64,000 nucleotides of DNA from Nitrosopumilaceae archaeon (GTDB taxonomy: Archaea > Thermoproteota > Nitrososphaeria > Nitrososphaerales > Nitrosopumilaceae): assembly GCA_965214835.1 (NCBI GenBank), contig CBDCCK010000002.1, positions 2,048,001 through 2,112,000 on the forward strand. The letters run 5' to 3'. Positions 29,417 to 37,971 of the stretch are shown here, piece after piece (position 1 is the stretch's first letter; the number at the start of each line of letters is the position of its first letter). A program made the position numbers and the translations under genes. The notes below the pieces were generated by a model. The model saw nothing but the letters and a program-made list of their open reading frames with translations, ran no database searches and was not told the DNA's origin.

Positions 29417-30674
29417 TTCCGCTTTTTCGCGGGCAAGCTCATTGCATAGTTCCTTGAATTCCGAGGCTGTAGGCATGTATTTCCCGGGTAATGATAGTTT
29501 ATAGATCAGGTGGTCAGAAAAAATCAACTAGGCAGGGGCTAACCTATTACTCCTCAACTTTACCTCCTGTACCACGTTGGACCACTTGAGGGCCATTACG
29601 CACTCGCCGAACATACGCTTTATGGACGATATCACAATCTAGACGATCCACCTTGCACCATAGCCTACCGTGCTCTTCCAGTACCGCAGGTTCTCCTGTC
29701 TTTCCTCCTTTGAGAGATCACCCACCGGTACCTCGGGGCCGCCCCCGAGCTGCCATCGCACAAGCATGCCCCACTTGTCGCCGGTGCCCTTGCCCTTTGC
29801 AGTGCAGCTTATCAAGAGCCGTATGAGCGGTTTTATGCCGCGCTTGTGACACTCGGCTACGTTTTTCCTCGAGCCGTATCCGCCGTCTGCAAGCAAGATC
29901 TTTCCCGGTGTATCTGGATTCGCGCCGGTGCCGAGCAGGGCCAGCGGCGATGTCCCGTCTGCAAGCATGTTGGGAATCTTGACTGCGTCCGCGCTGTCGG
30001 TGCAGTTTTTCTCCTCTTCCTTGATGTTCCTAGACGCCTCATCAAGCAGTTCCTTCAGCTCCGTGCTGTCGCCGACTGCCTCATCTGTGACGGCTACTGC
30101 CAGCACCTGCTTGGTGTCTGCGTCGACCATCAGGTGCATCTTGACAAATCCTCGCCTTACCTTCCATTTCTTGCGTATCCACTCGCCCCAGTTGTGCTGC
30201 TTGAGGCCCGTGGCATCGGCTATCATGACCAGGTTACGGGTCTTGTCGCGCACCGTAATTATGTTCTCTGCAATGTCGATGTCAAGCTTCTGCATCCTCC
30301 TAAATATCGTGATGTAGCACGGAGTCCGTGCCCTTTATCATCTCCCCGAGCATGCCTGACAGCTGCCTGTATGGTATCATGAATGCGGTCCTGAGCGAAG
30401 CCATGGCCATTATCATGCCTTCTGCATACAGGAACGGGCGCCCTCTTTGTGGCGGTTGGCATTCTTCAGATCCTTCTCCCAGCCTGAGTCGTACTTGACT
30501 ATTAGGCCTGCCCCCCTCTACGTACTTTATTGTTCGTGTGTGCCAATGTATACCATATGAGGCATCCTCATGATCCATTACCTTTTCGGTCAAGATCCGT
30601 TGATCATTCTGGTGATTTTCTGTCAAGTTTCAGATTTTAGGCAGGGTTATGCAACAAACTACCCCCACAGCACT

Positions 30675-30754
30675 AGACCTTATGCGTAATCGGTTCAGAT
30701 CTGGGATTATTACGAACAAATTTGCCTCATTCAGGTCGATTACGCATAAAGTCT
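30675..30754. mobile_element. MITE of the IS5/ISL2-type element (80 bp)
   Basis: AGACCTTATGCGTAA...TTACGCATAAAGTCT; 3-bp TSD ACT. Confidence 0.88.
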
Positions 30755-30758
30755 ACTC

Positions 30759-30766
30759 TTTATATT
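30759..30766 (+). promoter_or_regulatory. Probable TATA box of the orphan operon
   Basis: TTTATATT 22-29 nt upstream of ATG 30788 (leaderless spacing). Confidence 0.5.
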
Positions 30767-30787
30767 CATAAATGACCTCTTACATAT

Positions 30788-31423
30788 ATGACAATGGTAA
30801 ACGAGCTGGAGAACCCGTTTGATTATTTTAGATCTGAGCTGGAGAACGTTTTTGGAGTTGATCAAAAACAGCTAAACGCATTGATCAGCGCCTACAATAA
30901 AACCGGCTATAACACACCGCTCAAAAAACTTGCCGAGATGCTTGGATCTGAAAACGATTATGGTTTTGCTGAGGTGCATATATTTCCCCTTTGTTGTGTT
31001 TCTTACGAATATTTTCAAAGCAAAGACAATACCAATACATTCCTAGCAAAGTCAAACCTCACATCAAAAACCAAGAAATCTATCAAGTATTTTTTTTCCA
31101 AACTAACTGATAAAGGGCTGCGTGGCTTGGAAGTTCAATATCATATTTATGGAAACCTGTTTGATTTCCAAGCACTGGATCCTATAAGCGACAATAACAT
31201 ACTACTAGAAATAAAAGATCAGTCTAACAAAGCCGTCTGCTATCTTCCTGTTACTAGAATCACGTTTGCCCGTGGTGGCGACGATGAAAAAACAATATCG
31301 TCTGAATTTTCTCAGGATAGGCTGGCTCATCTCATCTCAACACTACAGTCAATTTATGATAGAAACTCCGCACTGACTAAAACATATAAAAAATCCATAA
31401 CAGACCTGCCTGTGATTGAATAA
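30788..31423 (+). CDS. Hypothetical protein, COMMD-like pattern
   Basis: 211 aa, low GC; helical N-part then three strands and an amphipathic helix. Confidence 0.75.
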   Translation: MTMVNELENPFDYFRSELENVFGVDQKQLNALISAYNKTGYNTPLKKLAEMLGSENDYGFAEVHIFPLCCVSYEYFQSKDNTNTFLAKSNLTSKTKKSIKYFFSKLTDKGLRGLEVQYHIYGNLFDFQALDPISDNNILLEIKDQSNKAVCYLPVTRITFARGGDDEKTISSEFSQDRLAHLISTLQSIYDRNSALTKTYKKSITDLPVIE

Positions 31424-31425
31424 AA

Positions 31426-32154
31426 ATGATGTCATATGCACAAGCTAGCACATCTGGAATCTCAAGGTCTCATTCTAGACGCTATCGACTTGTACGGATA
31501 AAAACCAAGCACAAATCATCTAGCACATACGTACGATCTGGACTGTCGCCTAATTCATTAGAATTCTTGAAGACCAAGAATACCATCAGGATTAGGCGTG
31601 CAAAAGTGGTGAAAATTCAGAAAATCGTACTGGCTGGATCAAACAAGCGGAACTATGCAACAACTTCCATACGAGCCGATTCGAAAGGGAGAGTGGCCTA
31701 TGTAAGGAAATTCTTTAGAAATCGTCCCAGAGTACAGCCCCCTCGGGAATCAAAAACAAAAGAAATCCGTCGTTACATACAAACTCAGCAATGGGACAAG
31801 CTGATTCCCTACGTGGATGAACTAATCCAGCAAATAGATCTGGGTGCAGTCGCCCTGCCCCTCATATCAAAATTATTGGACTCTGTCACGCAGGACTATG
31901 CAGTCATGGAAAAAAATGCATTCATGCACGAGGTAATCCAGTCAGTCACCATTTTGCTAAAGGATGTCATGATATCTGCAATACAAAACAACACCATTGA
32001 CGCCATCAATAGTGCAAAACGCATCAGGGAAATTCTGCTGGCCGCGCAAGAAGTTTCTCACGTTGCATCAGAGGAAGGCCTGTCTCCTTTGCCAGTGTCT
32101 AAACTAGTTCAAATTGACGTGATAAAAGGCAGGCCAATATATGCCCTCAAGTAA
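31426..32154 (+). CDS. Hypothetical protein, basic N-half and helical C-half
   Basis: 242 aa; 2 bp after the previous stop. Confidence 0.7.
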   Translation: MMSYAQASTSGISRSHSRRYRLVRIKTKHKSSSTYVRSGLSPNSLEFLKTKNTIRIRRAKVVKIQKIVLAGSNKRNYATTSIRADSKGRVAYVRKFFRNRPRVQPPRESKTKEIRRYIQTQQWDKLIPYVDELIQQIDLGAVALPLISKLLDSVTQDYAVMEKNAFMHEVIQSVTILLKDVMISAIQNNTIDAINSAKRIREILLAAQEVSHVASEEGLSPLPVSKLVQIDVIKGRPIYALK

Positions 32155-32701
32155 AGAAATCGTACTAGTCAAGGATGGCGGTTCATATCCCGACAAGGTC
32201 ATGCATGAGGGTGATTCGCTGGGCATAGGTACTCAAACCCATTCCTTCTATTGGAAAAAGGAGGGACCTCAAAACCACGACTATGAACCTCTTGCCATAC
32301 TGTCTGCTGAAAGGTGTGGGCTGTCCAGATACCACTATCGAGGATTGGTCGTATGGAAAGACTACACCGTTAAAAACGGCAAGCCGATAGCGTCATTTGC
32401 CCGTGTCTGGCACACCCCCGTTCTGTGCTCTGCACATAAGATCACTTATTCTCAGCCATCGGATGTTATTGATCGTTTAAAATTAATTGGGTATTTACTT
32501 CCCAAAATCCGACAAATGAGTAAAAACACAGACAAATATTCGGCGCGCGGATATGCTGAGAAAATTGTTGATGACAGGATTCCTCCTGAACGAAAACTCC
32601 GATGGAGTGATTTTGACTACTATGTTATGATTGCGCCTTTTTGCGACTATGGAAAACTCCCTGCAAAAATACCTGACAAGATAAACAAATTTGTAATGTG
32701 A
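32141..32701 (+). CDS. Hypothetical protein, possible SRA/PUA-like N-domain
   Basis: 186 aa; overlaps the previous gene by 14 nt; IVLVKDGGSYPD and YHYRGLV. Confidence 0.7.
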   Translation: MPSSKEIVLVKDGGSYPDKVMHEGDSLGIGTQTHSFYWKKEGPQNHDYEPLAILSAERCGLSRYHYRGLVVWKDYTVKNGKPIASFARVWHTPVLCSAHKITYSQPSDVIDRLKLIGYLLPKIRQMSKNTDKYSARGYAEKIVDDRIPPERKLRWSDFDYYVMIAPFCDYGKLPAKIPDKINKFVM

Positions 32702-32841
32702 CAGCGTATGAGGCACATCCCCTTGTGAACCAAGCGTAAAAATCACATTTGCATACAAATTTGCTCCTAGCTGTTTGAGAGAAGATGACCCCGCACTTCG
32801 ATCCCGGTAAATCACATATCCCTAAAAATCGTGGACAAGCG

Positions 32842-33332
32842 GTGAGGGCCCTGGTGTATGACGAATGTGCAGTAGATGACGATTATTCAAAAATTTTACA
32901 GATCAAGGACATTCCTGAACCCGTCCCAAAACCTAACGAAGTTGTTTTTAGAGTCGAGACGGCAGATCTCAACTATGATGATACTTGGGCAATGAGAGGA
33001 AAGCCCTTGGTAGTTCCCTTGTCGCACATCTCTGGCACCGATGCCGCAGGCAAGGTCACCACTGTGGGAGACGACGTTAAAAATTTTGTATGAGGTCACG
33101 TCCCCTTGCTAGCTAGGCACGAAAATCATAATTGTACCTGCCAATTCATGCCTGATTGATAGGGGTAGGTGACCTCGTACAAAATTTTAGTCGACAAAGT
33201 TGTCTCATGGAAACATGTCCTGCAAAGTTTGTAGGCACTACACAAGTGGAGAAGAATACAACCACAAACAAAAAAAAAAAAAAAAAAAATTGAGGATTTG
33301 AAACCGGTTCGCTCTGGGGAGTGTACTGTGAA
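32842..33332 (+). pseudogene. Zn-dependent (MDR) alcohol dehydrogenase fragment
   Basis: PEPVPKPNEV, HISGTDAAG, later HGNMSCKVC and GFETG; broken by a MITE, frameshifts, an A20 run and truncation at the IS6 end. Confidence 0.85.
33088..33180. mobile_element. IS66-A MITE (93 bp)
   Basis: GTATGAGGTCAC...GTGACCTCGTAC; TSD AAAATTTT. Confidence 0.92.
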
Positions 33333-33604
33333 GGTTCTGTGTAAAATTGGGGATATGGAATCCACTCAAAAATCACTCCGTAGCCCCGTTGAGACTGGCG
33401 TTCTGGATTATCGTCTTCCACTTGTTTGTACCGTCCATGCTTATCAGGGCCGATTCTGCCGGGGTCTGGCCGTCCAGTGCACCGTGCTTTTTTGTATAAT
33501 TACAGTAGACCCTCATCCCGTCAAGGATTGCAGTGTCGGCGGAGGCGGCCTGAAGTGAATTAGGCGACAACCCCTATCTCAGGTGTCTAAGATTACACAG
33601 AACC
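33333..33604 (-). mobile_element. Internally deleted IS6-type element (272 bp)
   Basis: GGTTCTGTGTAA at both ends; retains transposase C-terminus (YCNYTKKHGALDGQTPAE...WKTIIQNA). Confidence 0.8.
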
Positions 33605-33659
33605 GATGTGGATTAGACTTATTATGTATCAAATCCGACACAATAAAGGTAACAAAATT

Positions 33660-34757
33660 ATGGTAAAGTTCGGGATTCAAAACGGCCTCAATGTGGCAAG
33701 GGCAGGCTATACCGAGGATCAGATCCTGACTGCCTGCATGCTGGCAGACAAGACCGGATATGACTCGATCTTTTACATGGATCACACAAACGTCCCCCAA
33801 TGGAAGAACGCAACGGTGCTGGATCCTTGGGTCATGCTGTCTGCAATCGCTGCAGTCACAAACAACGTCGAGCTGGGCACATGCGTCACCGATGCAATCA
33901 GGCGCCATCCATCAAACATCGCGCTTGCCGCAATCACGCTGGACAGAGTCTCAAAGGGAAGGGCGATTCTGGGCATTGGCGCAGGCGAGGCACAGAACCT
34001 CAAAGAGTTCTGTATTCCGTTTGAAAAGCCGGTCTCAAAATGGGAGGAACAAATCCTGGTCATTAAGACACTATACAGGTCAACGCCGGATAACACTGTA
34101 GACTATGAGGGCAAATACTACAAGCTGGAGGGCGCATGCCTGCAGGCCTCCCCGATTCGAAAGCCGCATCCTCCCACCTACATGGCAGCAGGCGGAAAAA
34201 GAACGCTGGAGATGACCGGAAAGCTGGGAGACGGCTGGCTGCCGATCGGCTACACCCCGGAACTATTCGATGATCACCGGAGACAGATCGTGGCCTCCAT
34301 GGACAAGTATGGCAGGACGCAGGAGGAAAAGGATGGCTTTCAGATGGCCCTGGACATCGATGTCTATTTTTCTGATGACGCAGAGGAGTCGTGGGCAAAG
34401 ATGAAGGAGGCCGTCAAGGTGAGCCTGTTCAAGCCGGAGGTCCTCAGGGTACACCAGCTCAAGGAGATAGAAGGGTTTGACTTTGTCAAGTACTTTACAG
34501 AGTACTCCATGTCCAACCAGGACTGGATCGTCAAGATGCGGGAGGCGGCAACCAAGATTCCAGAGGCCGTGGCAAGATCCTCGACTGCCGTGGGAACCCC
34601 TGACGACGTCATTCCGACCTTTGAGCGGTTCATGGATGTGGGGGTAAACCACTTTGTCATAAGGTTCTGGGGAAAGAACTACTTTGGCTCGATCGACAAG
34701 TTTGCCAGCCACGTGATGCCACATTTGCGCCAAAAGGCAAAAGAAATGAACCTCTAG
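33660..34757 (+). CDS. LLM-class (luciferase-like, probably F420-dependent) oxidoreductase
   Basis: YMDH, LDPW, ELGTCVT, GRAILGIGAGE, GDGWLP. Confidence 0.92.
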   Translation: MVKFGIQNGLNVARAGYTEDQILTACMLADKTGYDSIFYMDHTNVPQWKNATVLDPWVMLSAIAAVTNNVELGTCVTDAIRRHPSNIALAAITLDRVSKGRAILGIGAGEAQNLKEFCIPFEKPVSKWEEQILVIKTLYRSTPDNTVDYEGKYYKLEGACLQASPIRKPHPPTYMAAGGKRTLEMTGKLGDGWLPIGYTPELFDDHRRQIVASMDKYGRTQEEKDGFQMALDIDVYFSDDAEESWAKMKEAVKVSLFKPEVLRVHQLKEIEGFDFVKYFTEYSMSNQDWIVKMREAATKIPEAVARSSTAVGTPDDVIPTFERFMDVGVNHFVIRFWGKNYFGSIDKFASHVMPHLRQKAKEMNL

Positions 34758-34789
34758 TTTGAAAAACCGTTTATCCAACTAGGAAGCAC

Positions 34790-35020
34790 ATGGCAGACGA
34801 TGACCTGGCAGAGGACATTAGCAAGTCCCTTGACGTCCTAGACGAGAACATAGAGATCCTAGATGATATTGAGGACGATCTTGACGAGGAAAGCGAGGAT
34901 GTGCTGGTAGCCGATGTCGGCCTGTACGAGCTAATAGACATGGGAGAAGACGTCGCAAAAAACGCCCAGATCAAAAAGGCCGAACGCGCATTCTTGAGGC
35001 GGCAAGAGGAGGCCCCTTAA
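34790..35020 (+). CDS. Small acidic hypothetical protein
   Basis: 76 aa, D/E-rich, co-oriented with neighbours. Confidence 0.7.
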   Translation: MADDDLAEDISKSLDVLDENIEILDDIEDDLDEESEDVLVADVGLYELIDMGEDVAKNAQIKKAERAFLRRQEEAP

Positions 35021-35051
35021 CTTTTATTACTCGATGGCAGGAAGTCCAGCT

Positions 35052-35684
35052 ATGCAGCTTATTGGGCGACTGCAGATACAGTCTAGGGAAAAAATCATCG
35101 AGTTTTTAGGCCAGGAGCACGTAGGCAGGCTGGCAACCATTGACTCCAACGGCTATCCGCAGGCCGTTCCGATGAACTTTGTCTTCTTTGATGATGCAGT
35201 ATACATGCACTCCCACACCCGCGGGGAAAAGCTTGACAACATCAGGGCAAACCCAAAGTCCGGCTTTGAGGTAGACAGGGAGCTGGAGTTTCTTCCTTCG
35301 TACTTTTTCCACCCCACCGACGCGTCCCGGGCTGATACGCTTTATATCAGCGTGGTAATAAAGGGCGCCTCGACGCTTGTCCGGGATCCGCGGGAAAAGG
35401 CATCGGCACTCAATGCACTGATGCAAAAGTACCAGCCAGAGGGGAAGTACGAGCCGCTGAGGCCCGATATGGACGTCCTAAACCACGTGGCAGTAATCAA
35501 GGTCATGCCCGAGGACATGCGCGGCAAGTACAAGATCGGCCAGACCATGAAGAAGGGCGACCGGACTGACCTGGCACAAAACATCCTGAGGCGGGGCTCC
35601 ACCTCTGCCAGGGAAACACTGCGCCTTATGGGCTTTGAGGTTGCGCCCGACGGCCTGAGGATGACAGAAGAGCCTGTGTGGTAG
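35052..35684 (+). CDS. Pyridoxamine 5'-phosphate oxidase-like (split beta-barrel) protein
   Basis: VGRLAT, PQAVPMNF, GEKLDNI, SVVIKG, GKYKIGQ. Confidence 0.88.
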   Translation: MQLIGRLQIQSREKIIEFLGQEHVGRLATIDSNGYPQAVPMNFVFFDDAVYMHSHTRGEKLDNIRANPKSGFEVDRELEFLPSYFFHPTDASRADTLYISVVIKGASTLVRDPREKASALNALMQKYQPEGKYEPLRPDMDVLNHVAVIKVMPEDMRGKYKIGQTMKKGDRTDLAQNILRRGSTSARETLRLMGFEVAPDGLRMTEEPVW

Positions 35685-35688
35685 GCGC

Positions 35689-35818
35689 GGGGTTGTTTCT
35701 TAATTCCAACTGTCTGACTCGATCTGTATGTTTTTCTGAATTTTCGCCCTTTTGCACGACTGATCCACGTGGCATCTCAACGGTTTTCAGGAATTCTGGC
35801 GAATTAGGAAACAACCCC
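35689..35818. mobile_element. MITE family E (130 bp)
   Basis: GGGGTTGTTTC.TAATT / AATTAGGAAACAACCCC; 9-bp TSD GGTAGGCGC. Confidence 0.9.
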
Positions 35819-36027
35819 GGTAGGCGCATGCAGCATCATCAGCTCCGGCTGGGCCCAAAAACACAAAAGCGGCGCGCCCTGATGATCAGTTGCTTTGTGG
35901 GTAGCAAGCCCAAGGGGACATGAGCCCAAAATCCGCCTGATCTGCGGCGGGAAATATCTGCGGGACGGCGCAATCGGAAACCCGCAATCCCAATTGCTTT
36001 AAATTCAGTTTTGAACGATTCAGCTTT

Positions 36028-37971
36028 GTGCAAAAGGCAGCCGAATTTGAACTGGTATCTGAGTTTGCCCCCACAGGCGATCAGCCCCAGGCGATCGAGT
36101 CGCTTGTCCGGGGCGTCAAAAAGGGATCCATCCAGACCCTGCTTGGCGTCACCGGTAGCGGCAAGACATTCTCCGTTGCAAACGTGATTGCACAAACCGG
36201 AAAAAACACCCTGGTAATCTCCCACAACAAGACGCTTGCAGCGCAGCTTTATGCGGAGCTAAAGCAGTTCTTTCCTAGCAACAACGTCGGATATTTTGTT
36301 TCATACTATGACTATTACCAGCCCGAAAGCTACCTGCCCCAGACTGACACCTATATCGAAAAGGACACCCAGATCAACGAAAAGATAGAAAAGATGAGGC
36401 TAGAGGCCACTGCGATGCTCCTGTCCGGCGAGCCGACCGTCATAGTATCGACGGTATCATGCATATACTCGCTTGGAAACCCGGCCGACTGGGCAGACAT
36501 GGCAATTACCATAACTTCCGGCAAGGAGATTCCGCGGGACCGGATCATCAAAAAGCTGGTCAGTGCAAGGTATGAGAGAAACGATACTGAGATGGCCCCC
36601 GGAAACTTTCGCGTCCGGGGCGATACGATAGACATCATCCCCGCCTACTCTGAGGATCTGATCCGCATCTTGATGTTCGGAGACGATATAGAGAGGATCT
36701 CCGTCCTGGATCACGTTTCCCTGCAGGAAAAGCAGGCCATCCCCCAAATCAAGATATTTCCAGCAAAGCACTATCTCATCGCAAAGGACGTGCGCAAGCA
36801 CGCGCTAGAGTCAATCAGGACGGAGCTAAAAAAGCGCCTGCCGGAGCTAGACGAGCTGGGGCGCCAGAGGCTGGAGATGAGGACGGGGTATGACCTGGAG
36901 ATGATCGAGGAGCTGGGATACTGCTCTGGCATTGAGAACTATTCAAGGCACTTTGACGGACGGAGTCCCGGCGAGCAGGCCTTTTGCCTGCTGGACTTTT
37001 TCGGCGACGACTATCTGCTGGTCATAGACGAGTCCCACGTCACGCTGCCGCAGCTGCACGGCATGTACAAGGGCGACCATTCACGCAAAAGGGAGCTGGT
37101 GACCTACGGGTTCAGGCTCCCGAGCGCATATGACAACCGGCCCTTAAAGTTCGAGGAGTTCGAAAAGTACATCACCAATACAATATTCACCTCTGCTACC
37201 CCGGGCCAGTACGAGCGCAACATATCTGAGAACATCTCCGAGCAGCTGGTCAGACCCACCGGACTGGTAGATCCCACCGTCGAGACAAGGCCCACAAAGA
37301 ACCAGATGGACGATCTTATTGCCGAGATCAAAAAGCGCGCAGCAGGTGGACAGAGGGTGCTTGTAACGACGCTTACCAAGAGAATGGCAGAGGATCTGGC
37401 CGAATACCTGTCAAAAATGGACGTCCGCGTGAGATACATGCACTCTGAAATCGAGGGGCTCCAGAGGACGGAGCTCATCAGGCAGCTCCGCCTAGGCGAG
37501 TTTGACGTGCTCGTCGGAATCAACCTCCTCCGGGAGGGACTGGACATCCCAGAGGTGTCACTGGTTGCGATCCTTGATGCCGACAAGGAGGGGTTTTTGA
37601 GAAACAACACCAGCCTGATTCAGACCTTTGGGCGTGCGGCCCGAAATGTCAACGGGGCCGTCATAATGTATGCAGACTCGGTCACCGGCTCCATGAAATC
37701 TGCCATGGAGGAGACTGCCCGGCGCAGGGAGAGGCAGATTGCATACAACAGGGATCACAACATTACTCCGAAGACCATCATAAAGTCCATCCCCGAACAG
37801 ACGGCCGCCCTTGATGAGATAAAGCACAAGTCCGGCCACGATTTACAGGTAGACATAATAGAGCTGGAGGCGCTGATGAAAAAGCATGCCGAGGACCTGG
37901 ACTTTGAGAGGGCAATCGAGTGCAGGGACAGGATCGGCCGCATCAGAAGGGAGATTGAGGGCAAAAAATGA
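36028..37971 (+). CDS. uvrB: Excinuclease ABC subunit B
   Basis: [25 protein letters not shown]. Confidence 0.97.
   Translation: MQKAAEFELVSEFAPTGDQPQAIESLVRGVKKGSIQTLLGVTGSGKTFSVANVIAQTGKNTLVISHNKTLAAQLYAELKQFFPSNNVGYFVSYYDYYQPESYLPQTDTYIEKDTQINEKIEKMRLEATAMLLSGEPTVIVSTVSCIYSLGNPADWADMAITITSGKEIPRDRIIKKLVSARYERNDTEMAPGNFRVRGDTIDIIPAYSEDLIRILMFGDDIERISVLDHVSLQEKQAIPQIKIFPAKHYLIAKDVRKHALESIRTELKKRLPELDELGRQRLEMRTGYDLEMIEELGYCSGIENYSRHFDGRSPGEQAFCLLDFFGDDYLLVIDESHVTLPQLHGMYKGDHSRKRELVTYGFRLPSAYDNRPLKFEEFEKYITNTIFTSATPGQYERNISENISEQLVRPTGLVDPTVETRPTKNQMDDLIAEIKKRAAGGQRVLVTTLTKRMAEDLAEYLSKMDVRVRYMHSEIEGLQRTELIRQLRLGEFDVLVGINLLREGLDIPEVSLVAILDADKEGFLRNNTSLIQTFGRAARNVNGAVIMYADSVTGSMKSAMEETARRRERQIAYNRDHNITPKTIIKSIPEQTAALDEIKHKSGHDLQVDIIELEALMKKHAEDLDFERAIECRDRIGRIRREIEGKK

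Larger units (their letters stand above)
26496..29550 (-). mobile_element. IS66-family element B, transposase split by IS3
   Basis: 23-bp TIR GTAATAGGTTAGCCCCTGCCTAG; TSD TCCTCAAC; ORF 29476-28118 joins 26860-26588 (MDETG, TDGY, QRCWAH, TNNLAER). Confidence 0.93.
26377..30659 (-). mobile_element. IS5-family (IS903-like) element, inactivated, host of nested IS66 and IS3
   Basis: TIR G(C/T)TTGTTGCATAAC; ADATGLK, LADGGY, RWIV* (catalytic Glu codon is TAG); frameshift near 30300; C-terminus resumes at 26487. Confidence 0.85.
21498..33604. mobile_element. Putative composite transposon bounded by inverted IS6-type ends
   Basis: GGTTCTGTGTAATCTT.GA.ACCTGA at both ends in inverted orientation; GATGTGGA at 21490-21497 and 33605-33612. 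Confidence 0.65.

Noticed and set aside
29639-29641. In-frame TAG in the IS5 transposase as pyrrolysine or readthrough
   Set aside because: It replaces the catalytic Glu in an element that is also frameshifted and interrupted
33270-33289. Poly-A as the tail of a retro-insertion
   Set aside because: No TSD or reverse transcriptase; ADH homology continues on both sides
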